Numbered from the whole stretch's first letter, positions 13,589-27,634 are shown. The stretch: 63,160 nt of DNA, filler included, from Octopus bimaculoides (GCF_001194135.2; 4 parts of 4 records of this genome joined end to end with filler, not necessarily neighbours in it), one strand, 5' to 3'. Notes: generated by a model from the sequence alone, not told the origin. Translations and numbers: made by a program.

Positions 13589-13936
13589 CATACATATATA
13601 CTCCCATCATACAATATACACATGTATGCATAGATACAGACACACACACACACATTTTTATATATATATATATATATATATATNNNNNNNNNNNNNNNNN
13701 NNNNNNNNNNNNNNNNNNNNNNNNNNNNNNNNNNNNNNNNNNNNNNNNNNNNNNNNNNNNNNNNNNNNNNNNNNNNNNNNNNNNNNNNNNNNNNNNNNNN
13801 NNNNNNNNNNNNNNNNNNNNNNNNNNNNNNNNNNNNNNNNNNNNNNNNNNNNNNNNNNNNNNNNNNNNNNNNNNNNNNNNNNNNNNNNNNNNNNNNNNNN
13901 NNNNNNNNNNNNNNNNNNNNNNNNNNNNNNNNNNNN

Positions 13937-13968
<32 letters not shown>

Positions 13969-14658
13969 GTGTGTATGTTTGACACATTTATACACACTAG
14001 ATTAATACTTTGTAAACTTGTTTACATTTTTCTCCTCCTTTTTCCCCTCTTTTGTTTTCTCATTTTCATATTGTTATTTTTGTGTGAGGTGGGAGGAGGG
14101 TTAAATTCTTGGGTGGGGGGGTTTAAATATTTTTGTTGTATTTTTTTTTTCTGTGTGTGTGTGTGTTTGTGTGTTAGGGGAGGGATTTGTTTATATTTAC
14201 CTCCAGCCAGCCAGCCATCCCACCAGCTATCACAGCCCCTTTTATTTACAGTTATGGTTTTCCAGTGTGTTAATATCAAGTGATAATAACACCTCCACTA
14301 CCCCCACCAACCTCATCTCTCTCTCTCTCTCTCACTCTCTCCGTCTTTCTCTCTCTCTCTTTTTCTCTCTCTCTGTCTCTCTCTCTCTCTCTCTTGTACC
14401 ATTATGCATGAAACCCATACAATGACGAGATTATGATACCCAGGAAGGCAGTGGGGTGGCTGTTGTAGTGCTGTTGACAGTGAGATGGGAGGAAATAGAA
14501 GATTTAAAAACTATATCATATTGCAAGAGATTAAGGGCTTATTGTATATCATTAGAAACCTAGTAGTGTGTGTCCTCTTGGTCACCCTTTTATTCCAGCC
14601 CCCTCCACTTCCTTTTCTTCCCTCATATATACATATATACACGTACATGCACATACAT

Positions 14659-14689
<31 letters not shown>

Positions 14690-14889
14690 AATATATATAT
14701 GTATATATATACATACCTGCTTATAAAGTGCTAAGGGCTTTGTCTCTTTATAATCTTCTTCACATGGCCCCATTTTCTGTCAGCTCCTTGTCATTACCAT
14801 CATCCTCGGCAACATAACCACTTAATTATTATTATTAAGCTTGTACATGTCACACCACTTCATTATAAGAAATAAAAACCACGATTAGT

Positions 14890-15290
14890 TTTGCAGAACT
14901 GGATAGTGTGCCAGATAAAACGCCTCATGGTATTTCGCTGTGTCACTATGTTTTGAGTTCAAATCGTACTGAGGCCTTCATTTGCCTTTCATCTCTCCAG
15001 GGTCGATAAAACAGAGCAACCAGAAAAGCGCTACATTTTGTACAATCAGCTTGTTCCCTTCTCCCCTCAAATTTCGGGCCTTGTTGAATCATTAGCATGT
15101 TGGACCAAATACTTAGCTGTGTTTTTCTCCACCTCTTTAGACTCTATGTTCAAATTCTGCTGAGGTCGACTTTGCTCTTCTCTTTGGGGGTCAGTCAAAT
15201 TAATAAGATAAAGTACCAATCAAAAGTACTGGTGTCAATGTAATTGATGTAAACCCTGCCCTTAAATTTGTGAGCCTTGTGCCAAAATTA
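14890..15290 (+). mobile_element. Two SINE-A copies
   Basis: Same B box and core. Confidence 0.75.
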
Positions 15291-17978
15291 TTATTATTAT
15301 TATTATCATCATTATTATAACAATGAAATTCTTTGTGTGTGTGTGTGTGTGAGGGAGAGTGTATATATTTTTGCATGCACTTTTGTGTGTTTCTATATAT
15401 GTATACATACATACACATATATTTAGACATGCATATATGATACATAAATAAATATATATATATATATAAATGTGTGTGTGTATATATATATATATATATA
15501 AAAGTGTGTGTGAATGTATATATATATATACATATTATAAACCCTATTATATTACTAATACTTATTTCAGTGAAGCCAGAAGTGTGCAAAAACATCAAAG
15601 CCGACACCCGCAGGGTTTGAACACCCAGCAAACCGCCAATCCTGATGAAACAAAAACTAGTTACTTGTCAATGCTTCTTCTTCTTCTTCTTCACAGATAT
15701 CTCTCCAACTCATTGCTTTCACCTATCCACCCACCCCCCAGCCACCCTTCCCCATCCACCTCATATATTATGTATATTCTTTTTNNNNNNNNNNNNNNNN
15801 NNNNNNNNNNNNNNNNNNNNNNNNNNNNNNNNNNNNNNNNNNNNNNNNNNNNNNNNNNNNNNNNNNNNNNNNNNNNNNNNNNNNNNNNNNNNNNNNNNNN
15901 NNNNNNNNNNNNNNNNNNNNNNNNNNNNNNNNNNNNNNNNNNNNNNNNNNNNNNNNNNNNNNNNNNNNNNNNNNNNNNNNNNNNNNNNNNNNNNNNNNNN
16001 NNNNNNNNNNNNNNNNNNNNNNNNNNNNNNNNNNNNNNNNNNNNNNNNNNNNNNNNNNNNNNNNNNNNNNNNNNNNNNNNNNNNNNNNNNNNNNNNNNNN
16101 NNNNNNNNNNNNNNNNNNNNNNNNNNNNNNNNNNNNNNNNNNNNNNNNNNNNNNNNNNNNNNNNNNNNNNNNNNNNNNNNNNNNNNNNNNNNNNNNNNNN
16201 NNNNNNNNNNNNNNNNNNNNNNNNNNNNNNNNNNNNNNNNNNNNNNNNNNNNNNNNNNNNNNNNNNNNNNNNNNNNNNNNNNNNNNNNNNNNNNNNNNNN
16301 NNNNNNNNNNNNNNNNNNNNNNNNNNNNNNNNNNNNNNNNNNNNNNNNNNNNNNNNNNNNNNNNNNNNNNNNNNNNNNNNNNNNNNNNNNNNNNNNNNNN
16401 NNNNNNNNNCCCCCCCCCCACTTGTTAGATCAACTGGTTGATAGGTTCCGCTCAGTGTTCATCTGGCCATTGCTCATCGTCTCTTTTAAGCCAAATCCAG
16501 ACACCACACATCCTCTGCATTACAGAAGCGTTGCTCTCATGACAATTCTAAATTTTTCTCTAACATGGATGGGTACTGCAATACGCCATCTTCAGGGGTG
16601 ATGCTACAGCATGGCCTCAGTCAAATAAAGGATCTAACAAAGTCACAACATTGTGCAGTTGGATTCAATGCAGTTGTTCTGGGTCTCTCTCTCTCTCTCT
16701 CTCTGACTTTCTCACTTTTTCCCCTCTCTCTTCCTCTCTCTCTCTCTGACTTTCTCACTTTTTCCCCTCTCTCTTCCTCTCTCTCTCTCTTTGCCCCCTC
16801 TTTTTTTCCCCACCAATTCTGTTCCCTGTACTTTGGTGACCCTGCAGCACTCCCTTCAAGTGGTTTTAGTCTGGTACATCAATGCCATCTTTTGTTACCT
16901 CTGTATCCCTAACACAAACCCCCGCATCACCACATTTGTCGTTTTCCCTTAGAAATTTTTTCCCCCTTTTTTTTTTTTTTCTTAAGGATGGTGGGGTACA
17001 CAAGAGAAAAAAAAAAAGATGATATTTTGAAATTTGTGCAAGTTTGCAATTTTTGTAAGACTGATGCCATTAGTGAACAGTTGATGGCAAATTATCGCTG
17101 TTTTTGCAGAAACACTGGGCAAAACAAAGAGTACTTATGTCAGCAGATGTGAATATGTTGTAAAGTTCGGAGCTGAGACAGAGAGAGAGACAGAGGTATT
17201 GAGAGAGAGAGAGAGAGAGNNNNNNNNNNNNNNNNNNNNNNNNNNNNNNNNNNNNNNNNNNNNNNNNNNNNNNNNNNNNNNNNNNNNNNNNNNNNNNNNN
17301 NNNNNNNNNNNNNNNNNNNNNNNNNNNNNNNNNNNNNNNNNNNNNNNNNNNNNNNNNNNNNNNNNNNNNNNNNNNNNNNNNNNNNNNNNNNNNNNNNNNN
17401 NNNNNNNNNNNNNNNNNNNNNNNNNNNNNNNNNNNNNNNNNNNNNNNNNNNNNNNNNNNNNNNNNNNNNNNNNNNNNNNNNNNNNNNNNNNNNNNNNNNN
17501 NNNNNNNNNNNNNNNNNNNNNNNNNNNNNNNNNNNNNNNNNNNNNNNNNNNNNNNNNNNNNNNNNNNNNNNNNNNNNNNNNNNNNNNNNNNNNNNNNNNN
17601 NNNNNNNNNNNNNNNNNNNNNNNNNNNNNNNNNNNNNNNNNNNNNNNNNNNNNNNNNNNNNNNNNNNNNNNNNNNNNNNNNNNNNNNNNNNNNNNNNNNN
17701 NNNNNNNNNNNNNNNNNNNNNNNNNNNNNNNNNNNNNNNNNNNNNNNNNNNNNNNNGGCGACTGATGGAAGGGGGGTAGGGGTAGTGGGAAGGGCAGGAG
17801 GGGGCAGTGGTGGTGGGGGGTATGAAATCATTCATTATGCAGCTGTTCCCAACTACACCCTGTCCCCACCTTCCATCCTTCCCCTGGTTGACACCCTTCC
17901 CCTCTTAATTTCAAGAATCACAAAGGTGGGGAATTGCATTTAAAAAAAAAATTTTTTTTAGAATTGCTTCACTGGTAC

Positions 17979-18021
<43 letters not shown>

Positions 18022-18023
<2 letters not shown>

Positions 18024-18254
18024 GGTAGTGAACTGGCAGAACCGTTAGCACACTGGGCGGCATTTCTTCCATGTCTATGTTCTGAGTTCACACCCTGCCA
18101 AAGTTATATTTGCCTTTCATCCTTTCAGGGTCAATAAATTAAGTACCAGTGAAACACTGGGGTTGATACAATCAACTGGTCTCTTGCCCAGAATTTTCAA
18201 GCCTTGTGCCTATACTACAAAGGATTATTATTATCATTATCATTATTATTATCA

Positions 18255-18291
<37 letters not shown>

Positions 18292-18520
18292 CATTAGTAT
18301 TATCACCAAGGTGACAAACTGGCAGAATCGTTAGCACGCTGGGCAAAATGCTTAGTGGCATTTCATTTGTCTTTACATTCTGAGTTCAAATTCTGCTGAG
18401 GTCGACTTTGCCTTTCATCCTTTCGGGGTCAACAAAATAAGTACCAGCTGAGCACTGAGATTGATGTCATCGACTTAACCCCACCCCCTGAAATTGCTGG
18501 CCTTGTGCCAAAATTTGAGA
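18022..18520 (+). mobile_element. Two tandem SINE-A copies embedded in (ATT)n
   Basis: Full heads at 18022 and 18308. Confidence 0.85.
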
Positions 18521-19127
18521 CCAAACAAACTTCTCAACCACACAGCCATGCCTGAAATAGATAAATAAATAAAAACATCATAAGTGTACATTAAAAAAGA
18601 TGTAATCCAAGTTAGACTATCCCTAAAAAAATAGAGATAGGGTCTGCTCTCAGTGAGAGTTGAATAACAGCCACCTATTTGTCAGAGTGGCTGTTATTTA
18701 TCAGAGATGACTATTAACACTTGCAACAGATATAAACTCAAGCAAATCAACGGAAATTATTAAAGACGCTTTTGATCTGAGATTCTTCCGAAAATTCTTT
18801 ATTTTGGCAGAGGAGGAGAGGGGGGAGGTAGAGGCGGTGGTGGGCAGTGAGGGTTTGGATGTCGTCATTGGTTGCCATAGCATTTCACTTCATTTCCATA
18901 CATTTTACATATTTTCATAAGAAACTTGAAAGATATTTCATACGTGTGTGTGTGTGTGATTTTTTTTAGTTTTGAATTTCTAATTACTGTTATTTAATGG
19001 GGCTTAATATGTGTGTGTATATATGTATGTAAGCTATGTAAATGTAGGTGTATGTGTGTCTTTGATAATGTAGGTAAGATTTAAATGTATGTTTACTTTC
19101 TGTCTTTGTATGTATGGGTGTACACAC

Positions 19128-19194
<67 letters not shown>

Positions 19195-19864
19195 TATATG
19201 TACATATATAATATATTTATGCATATATGTACATACATGAATATATATTTGTACATTGATATTGATATATACATATGTGTGTGTGTTACATGTATATATA
19301 TGTACATATGTATTTATCTACATTGCATGTATGTATGATTTAATCCATGCAAAACAGATGTGAAATACTGATATGTGTGTGTGTGTATATATAATATATG
19401 TGTATATAGAGAGATACAGTAATACAGATAAACACGATTGTGCTTAATACACACAAACACATTAAATATATTCAGAAGATAAATACTTGCACACACATGT
19501 ACAAGCAAATAGTTATTTCTATATATTTGACAAATACATTGTGTGTGTGTGTGTGTAAGACATGGGGGAGAGAAGGACAGATAACAACCTTGATAAGATC
19601 AAAATTACTTTCAATTACTTTGGTTCCAAAACACTTAACCGTTTCTTGAAAATGATAAACTTTCAACAGTTCCTAATCTGTGAGATTGCTTACAGAATTT
19701 GTCAGCTTTTTGATTGGGTTGGAAATGAGGGCTAAAAATGATGGGGGCAAAAAAAAAAAAAGAACGGTTGCAGAAAATAGGGGTTAAAGAATTTGGCGGA
19801 ACCGAAACGCTTATTTGATATTCTGACTTTTAAAAGCAAAAGTTGTTATCATCAAACTCCACTT

Positions 19865-19964
19865 NNNNNNNNNNNNNNNNNNNNNNNNNNNNNNNNNNNN
19901 NNNNNNNNTTAATTAATTAANNNNNNNNNNNNNNNNNNNNNNNNNNNNNNNNNNNNNNNNNNNN
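19865..19964. other. Artificial scaffold spacer 1
   Basis: 44 N + TTAATTAATTAA (19909-19920, stops in all six frames) + 44 N = 100 bp. Confidence 0.9.
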
Positions 19965-19984
19965 ATATATATATATATATATAA

Positions 19985-20690
19985 TCATCATTGTTTAATG
20001 TCTGCTTTCCATGCTAGCATGTGTTGGACGGTTTGACCGAAGGCTGGCGAGCCAGAAGGCTGCACCAGGCTCCAATCTTATCCGGCAAAATTTCTACAGC
20101 TGGATGCCCTTCTTAACACCAACCACTCCAAGAGTGTAGTGGATGCTTTTATGTACCACTGTCATGAGAGCCAGTCAAGCAGTACTGGCATCGATCTCGC
20201 TCAAATGGTGCTTTTTACATGCCACCTTCACAAGAGCCAGTCCGGTGGCACTGGCAACAATTACACACGAATTGTGTTTTTTACATGCCACCGGCACAGG
20301 AGCCAGTCAGGCAATGCTGGCAACGATCACGTTCGAATGGTGTTTTTAATGTTCTACTGACATGGGTGCCAATCAAGCGGTACTGTCATCAGCCATGACA
20401 ATGATTTCACTTGCCTCGACAGGTCTTCACAAGCAAAGTTTATTGTCCAATGATTGAAAGGGACTCTTAAAAGGGCTGGTTATACCACACTGGCATGCAC
20501 CACAGTTATGGTCTCACTTGGCTTGCTGAGTCTTCTCTAGCACAGCATATCTCTAAAGGTCTCAGTCACTTGTCATTGTCTTGGCGAGGCCCAATGTCCG
20601 AAGTTCATGCTTCACCACCTCATCCCAGGTCTTCCTGGGTCTACCTCTTCCACAGGTTCCCTCAACTGCTAGGGTGTAACACCTTTTCAC
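19985..20690 (-). mobile_element. Long SINE-C copy with internal repeats of about 60 bp and a (GAT)n tail
   Basis: Reverse complement of GAGTGGTTGGnGTTAnGAAGGGCATCCAGCTGTAGAAA..CATGCTAGCATGGAAAGCnGACnTTAAAC(GAT)n. Confidence 0.8.
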
Positions 20691-21060
20691 ACAACTGTCT
20701 TCATCCGTTCACAACACATGACCATACCAGCACAGTTGTCTCTCTTGCACACCACATCTGGTGCTTCTTAAGTCCAACTTTTCTCTCAGAGCACTTACAC
20801 TCTGTTGGGTATGCACACTGACAGTACACATCCAGCAGAGCATACTGACTTCATTTTTTGCAAGATTACGCATGTCCTCAGCAGTCATGGCCCATGTTTC
20901 ACTGTCATGTAGCATGGCTGTTAGCATACATCATACAGTCTACATACATCATACAGTCTACTTTTACTCTGAGCGAGAGGCCCTTTGTCACCAGCAGAGG
21001 TAGGAGCTCTCTGAACTTTGCCCAGGCTATTCTTATTCTAGCAGCTACACTATATATATA
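20690..21060 (-). mobile_element. RTE-clade LINE 3' fragment
   Basis: RIRIAWAKFRELLPLL..KGLSLRVK and MLHDSETWAMT..RCGVQERQLCWYGHV. Confidence 0.85.
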
Positions 21061-21429
21061 TTTTAAAATGTTGAAGTATCTATATACTTGCACATACATA
21101 TCATTATCATTACCTTCATTGTTATCAACCATGTTAGCATGAGTTCGGCAGTTTGATAGAATCTGAAGGGTTGGAGAACTGCATCGTGCCACTCCCTACT
21201 TTCATCCCTATACACCTTTGACCTCCTCCATCCCTATCATTATACATCTCTTGCTCTTACCCCAACACTCTTTGCATGGCTGGTATAGCTCGCTGCCCTT
21301 CCTCACACCAGCACTTTACAAGCTGCACTGGATGCCTTTTTCCTGACACCAGCACAAGTGAGACTCATGAAACTGAAGTATCCCCCTCAACTGAATGCAG
21401 GTATAGTGGGGAGGGAGGCTGCTTTATGC

Positions 21430-22080
21430 TAGCTGTTGAGTGGTTAAAGTATGATAGAAGAATCAGGATCAGAAGTCTTGCTAGAATGGATATATGTGGC
21501 TACCACACATTATGAAAATGGGTTGGAATTAGGATGGTGTTTGAAAGAGACGCAAAGATGGTGATGATGAGATGTCAAAGTATATCCTCAAGGTACAAGA
21601 ACAGGAATAGAGTATGGAGACAGAAGATCAGGAAGAGTAGGTGGGTAAATTTTGTAAGAGTGTGTGGAAGATGGAAAGGTTAGATCTGGGAGTAGGGATG
21701 AATATTGTGCATGATGAACAAAGGTGGAGGTGTAGTTAATGATAAATATGAATTAGAGGGTAAGGTGGTAAGATTGAGTGAAAGATTTCAATTGAAGTGG
21801 CTCAAGACAGGTGAGTTGATGAGTGGCATAATAAAAAATGTAGAATGATAGGGATGGAGGAGGTCAAAGGTGTGTAGGGATGAATATAGGCAGTGACAAA
21901 CAAAGATAGTAGGGTGGATGATGGTAGATGTAACAGAGTGTGTAAAGAATGAAGTGTGAATGCCAATAAGCTGTTGTTCAGAGGAGAAGGAAAGATAACT
22001 GGTAACAAAGAAAAGGTGATCAAGAGTGTGGGCAGAGATGAGGTTAAGAATGAGGATGTCAAAAGAAGGTGTTTCCAGAG
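21430..22080 (-). mobile_element. Very decayed L2/CR1-like LINE fragment
   Basis: Purine-rich on the plus strand. Minus translation contains HTLDHL and DLLHPY-type remnants. A related tract lies at about 38990-39330. Confidence 0.4.
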
Positions 22081-22084
22081 AGAG

Positions 22085-22122
<38 letters not shown>

Positions 22123-22635
22123 AGGGAGAGAGAGAGAGAGAGAGAAATGGTAGCAATTAATTACAGCAGTAGAATAATGTAATAGTTAGAAGGTTGATAG
22201 AGGATGAGTAATAGGGAGATGTGGGGTGAAGAAGTTTTAACAAGGACAAATTGAGTACAGCACCCAGGTTTGTACATACACATAATGCTTTTAGAACCCC
22301 AGTTTTACTGTGATGGCAGGTATTCTCAAGCATCATGTATCACCGATCATCTCCTCCATGATTCTCTCCTTTTGTCATTCTTTCCTTGGATCTCAACATC
22401 TTAAGATCAGTCTTCATTTTATCATCACACATCTTGCTGGGTTTCCCTCTTCCATGGGTTCTATCCATATAAAGTGATCGTCACTTCTTTATACAGCTAC
22501 CCTCATCCATATGCATCATATGTCCATTCTAATGCAACAACAACAACAATGGGTTAAAACACATAAAACCATCAACAAAAAGAAATATATTCAGAGAGAA
22601 CCAAAATAGAAATGATGGCACAGATGATGACTTAC

Positions 22636-22753
22636 TTGATCTTGCATTAAAATAATGTATGTTAAATTGTCTTTTACATGTTTGTCCGTCACCACCACAA
22701 ATTCCACAGGTATCCAATTCTTTACCATTCAGAAGACCATCACATCCAACTGG
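22636..22753 (-). CDS. ADAMTS-like internal exon D (PVGCDGLLNGKELDTCGICGGDGQTCKRQFNIHYFNARS)
   Basis: Acceptor tttcgttgcag, donor gtaagt, phase 0 to 1. VGCDGxLxxxxxDxCGxCGGDGxTC is the ADAMTS cysteine-rich signature. Confidence 0.93.
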
Positions 22754-22796
22754 CTGCAACGAAACCAAACAATCAAACATCATAGGTCCAATATTT

Positions 22797-22985
22797 AGGT
22801 TTAAAAATAATATTGGCTCCAAATTTTGGCATAAGGTCAGCAATTTTGGAGGAGGGAGTCAATTACATCAACCCCGAAAGGATGAAAGGCAAAGTCAACT
22901 TTGGCAGAATTTGTACTCAGAAGGTAAAGACACAAAGCACTTTGCTCAGTATGCTAACAATTCTGCCAGCTCACTGCCTTAGGCA
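22797..22985 (-). mobile_element. SINE-A copy
   Basis: Reverse complement of the core (CCCCGAAAGGATGAAAGGCAAAGTC). Confidence 0.8.
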
Positions 22986-23666
22986 TAAAAACAATATTAA
23001 AAAGCATTTGTTGAAACATTTTTAATTATTCTTTTAGTGGTCATGTTGGAGCATAGCTTCACCTTTAGAGTCAGTTACACTAGGAACATGGTTTTGTTGT
23101 ATGGTGTGGGAGACATGTTTCCTGGTAATTTTGGGGTACTGATTTCAAAAATGAAATCCATTTTGCTCTATCACGTCAAGATTTTTCACAAACTCAAATG
23201 TCCATTTTTCAACATTTCTGATATTGTCACCATTTCTAAAGATAGAATTGGCTTCATCAAATGCAGATCTATGTATGGAGCTTGACACAACTTTGGAATC
23301 GTAGTTTGCAATATCGTTTAAAGTTAATGCAACTACAAAAGTAAAAACAAGTCATGATTTAAGAATCTTCAGTAAATAAAAAGCATCAAACTTGCGCAAC
23401 TTTCTTCTATTTTCAGTCTAACCAGTTTTAAATGTCATGATGATGATAAGAGTGTCCTTTATACAATTAGATGTTAATAAACAATACATTTCTGTTGTCC
23501 TTGATATCATTAATGTCTCATATTTGTGGAATCTGTCTGCAAATATACCAATGCTAATCTTGATTTAGTGTGATTATCACCGATCATCTCCTCCATGATT
23601 CTCTCCTTTTGTCATTCTTTCCTTGGATCTCAACATCTTAAGATCAGTCTTCATTTTTTCATCACA

Positions 23667-24600
23667 GAAAAAAGTTTTTAAGAGCTGCTAGAATCACCGC
23701 AGGACACAGGGAAACTAAAAAGTCAAACGAAGTTAAAAACCAGAAAAAATGTACAAGAGTTATCTGACTGACAGGAGAAGGCTTTGCATGGTAGATTCCC
23801 AAAGTTGATTGCAGCAAATAGTAGTAGTGAGACATGGTTATGGTTGCAGAATAGAAGGCTGATGAGAATGGAAGTTTGTTAGTAGCAGCACATAGATCAA
23901 GCATTAAGGACTAATTGGATTAAAGCCATGATAGACAAGAGCCAAGTAGATTCCCAATGTAGGTTATGCAAATCAAAAGAGGAAAGTGTTACTCATATAG
24001 TAAGTGAATGTAGCATGCTGGTACAGAAAGAATACAAGAAAGTACATGATAACCTAGGGAGAGTAATCCACCAGGAGTTATGTAGAAAGCTAGAATTTGA
24101 CCATACTGATAAATGGTATGAACATGAATCTAGTAAAGTATTAAAAAGTAAGAAATATAAGATGTTGTGGGATTTTAACATTTAAACTGACAGAGTAATA
24201 GAAGCCATAAGGCCTGATTTGGTAGTGGTAGATAAAGAGAATAGAAAGTGCCAAATAATTAATTTTACAGTCTCAAATGATGAAAAAATCAATATGAGAG
24301 GTATAGAAAATATAGCAAAGTATCAGGACCTAACCATTGAGTTACAGAAGTTATGGAAAGTGTGGTTAAAATATGTCCCTGTACTTATAGGTGCATTGGG
24401 AACTATTCCTAAAGATTTGAACAGATGGATAGAGGAAATAGGCATAAAACCCAGTTTAGTACAACTCCAGAAAACAGTTTTATTAGGGATACCTAGGATA
24501 CTTAGGAGGGTTCTTGGCATCTAAGGTTACTTGTCGCCCTATGTTGAGAATTTTTCTTTTCCAACAGTCTAATCTGTTGTGTCCATATGAATAATAATAA
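23667..24600 (+). mobile_element. 5'-truncated R4/Dong-clade LINE (CCHC knuckle + restriction-like endonuclease)
   Basis: AAQDQALRTN, CRLCKSKEESVTHIVSEC, LWDFNI, RPDLVVVDK, KYQDL, IGALG, RILRRVLGI-stop, followed by (AAT)n. Confidence 0.9.
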
Positions 24601-25040
24601 CAATCCTTTCTACTAAAGGCACAAGGCTTGAAATCTTGTGGGAGGGGATGAGTGGATTACATCGACCCCAGTGTTTCACTGGTACTTAATATATCAACCC
24701 TAAAATGTTGAAAGGCAAAGTCGACCTCGATAGAATTAGAACTTAGCATGTGAAGAGGGACAAAATACCACTAAGCATTTCACCCAGTGTGCTAACAATT
24801 CTGTTTTCTCACCAATAATAATAATAATAATTATTATTATTATTATTATTATCCTTTCTACTACAGGCACAAGGTCTGAAATTTTGAAGGAGGGAGCTAG
24901 TCGATTACAATGACCCAGTGCTCAACTGGCATTCATTTTGTTGACCCTGAAAGGATGAAAGGTAAAACTGACCACAGCTGAATTTGAACTTTGAACGTAA
25001 AGATGTATGAAATGCCACTAAGCATTTCATTTGGCATGAT
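24600..25040 (-). mobile_element. Two tandem SINE-A copies
   Basis: Reverse-complement core twice, separated by (AAT)/(ATT) repeats. Confidence 0.8.
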
Positions 25041-26229
25041 GATGATGATGATAATAATAATAGAGAAGTGAATGTGTGCCTGTGTGTATTGATGTCTATA
25101 TGTATGTGTTATGTGACTCAGAGAGAAGTAACAAGTGAATCAGTATGGTTTGATTGAAAATGCAATGAGACAAGCCAGCTACAATGAACAAAAGCTGTTT
25201 TGGTAGTGTTACAAGAGACAGAGTGAAGAGACTGCATGTCTGTGGGACAAAAGCTGGAGTATATTTGTGAGTGACTTGATATCAATCAGTCAGTGACTTT
25301 TTACTGGTTGTAGCCTAAGATAGCCATGTGTTCAGCAGTGGTACTAACCTACCCTTGTAAGAGGTACTCTATTGCTGGTCTCACTCAAGCCTTGTAAATA
25401 ATTGCAGCGGCAGGGAGCTGAAATGTTTTGTATCTCTGTTCATTGCATGGCACACCAACAGTTTCTCTTCAAGAAGAAATTGAACTCAAGCCAAACACTA
25501 TAAACCACTGAATTGTTGGAGACAGTGTAGTTGATTAACTTAACCCATTACTGATAACTAGTTTATTGATAATGGCTGAATGAATAAAATAAGACCAGCA
25601 CCTTCAGTTCCTTACCTAGGGTCCATCAGTCTCTTACCCAAGTATCATCTGTCTCCTCCACAGGTACTAATTTTCTTCTACCCAGGGACTCTAGAAATGA
25701 TTTAAGTTTTGGTAAGAGGAATGTAGGTTAGTTTAAGAGAAACATCAGGCTGATAAAAATATATACAAAAATTTATGTCAATGCTTCAGACAGAATTGTT
25801 CTTTGAAGAATGTAAGAATATAATATGTTGTTATTTAGCTGATCCAGTACACCTTTGATTAAAACATTCCTGCCATGGCTACCCCATATCATCATGTATC
25901 TATAACTACAATATTTAGTGTGTTTTTATAGGATGTAATTCAAGAGAGATCTGTTTGTTATTTCTAGTAGGTCAACTGATTGCATAGAGCTCTCATTGTT
26001 AGTTTAGTCTAGAAGTCATTGAGTAGTAAATTTTTTTTCAAATATTATATGTAAATCTTTCTTCAGCTCTGAAGGCTTAGCTTCAATTCCAAGACACTAA
26101 GCTGGTCGATGATTTTAATCTAGAACACAGAAGGTAAAAAGACTTAATGCTTTAAAACTTTAGTTTAGTGGCACTTTAGGTTTCAATTACCACATCTCAA
26201 ATAAAGTAGAGTTAAATGTTCTAACTTAC

Positions 26230-26399
26230 AATGCAAGCACCATTGATACATATTGCCTTCTTTTTCCATCTCAGTGGGTCCTGGTAAGATTTAAAAACCT
26301 CACATGGGGTACCATCAGGAAGCAAACCAAATCTAGCAAATCGATCAAATTCCTGTCTTGGGTTTGAATGACAAATTACTTCACAAACAGCTAATTTAT
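26230..26399 (-). CDS. ADAMTS-like internal exon C, cysteine-rich module (DKLAVCEVICHSNPRQEFDRFARFGLLPDGTPCEVFKSYQDPLRWKKKAICINGACI)
   Basis: Acceptor tttaacaatcag, donor gtaagt, phase 1 to 0. Hallmark CxxxC...DGTPC...CINGxC. Confidence 0.92.
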
Positions 26400-27593
26400 C
26401 TGATTGTTAAATAGAAAATAGAATATTAGGTAATGTTGATTTCTAACATAAACATAAGGCTTCAAATTCACAGGGTAGAGATATGAGTGATTATATCAAA
26501 CAACAACATGATATTGATAATTTCTTTCATTGATCTGGAAAAGATGAAAGGCAAAGTCAATGCCGGTGGGATTCAAATTCAGAGTATTAAGGGTTGTAAG
26601 TAAATACTGGAAGGGATTTTGTCTGTTACTCTATCAAATGGATAACTTCACTGCTTGTAATATCCATCACATACTATAATGAAGTATAGCAGTCTTTTGT
26701 GATGTAATTAAGTGCATTAGGACTTCTGAAATGTAATTCCATAGAAAAAGATCTCAGAGATGAAGCAAATAAAAATGAAGATAATGCTTTTATAAACTAA
26801 AAAGGGTTCTGGCCAAGACGTGTGTCTAACTTCTGTAGCATTAAGTCAACAACATGCTCATTTCTCCTGGATGAGAATCTAATCCACAGTAGATAACATC
26901 TCTCAGAATATTTATATTCTAGTAGTTATTAGCCACAGCACATGAAACTGAGATAGCATAGATGTGTTATATGTCCAGCCCAGAAATACCCAGAAATATT
27001 GGCACCAGATTTGAACACATAATAATATTTAGTTAGATATTATATATTATGAGTTCAAATCTTAGTTACATTGACTTTGACTCTCACTTCTCCGGGAATG
27101 ATATAACAAATAACAGTTATACACTGGTGGTTCATTCAACAAACTATACTTTTTCCTTATGCCATTATCAAAAAATAATATAAAGGAATTTCTTGGCCTT
27201 AACAATAAAACAAAACTAGTAATTAGACTTAGAGGTGGGAGGTGGTAATATATGCAACTAAATCAGACATGACTATTTTTATGAAATTGCACATGGTGCA
27301 CACAGGCATACAATTAAAATAATTCTAAGTTGATAAGATATTTCTCACTTAAAACAATTTCTTCATACTTATTGTAGACAAGGCATGCAAACTGTTCTTT
27401 TATAGATTTCAGTCTTTGTACTACAGCCATATTTGGGCAGTGCCTTCAAGAATTTCATTGCTTATATTGATCCCCACTTACTTAGTTTTCGATCTGATCA
27501 TTATTTCATAATGATCTATAAGTTGAACTACTAAGTCACTGGACATAAACAAAGACACATGTGTGTATGTTTGTAATACATACATATGTACAT

Positions 27594-27634
<41 letters not shown>

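Noticed and set aside
15549-17173. Possible next ADAMTS exons after exon D (acceptors at about 17173, 15641 and 13452)
   Set aside because: Each phase-1 reading reaches a stop within about 12-30 codons with no clear domain match.
22529-22635. Hydrophobic, GPI-like tail if the intron after ADAMTS exon D is read through
   Set aside because: The donor is a consensus gtaagt, and T-rich intron sequence gives hydrophobic peptides by chance.
25648-25700. Exon-like segment SLGRRKLVPVEETDDTW with a gtaaga donor
   Set aside because: It lies between exons C and D, which already join as a canonical CI-PVGCDG motif, and its phase is incompatible.
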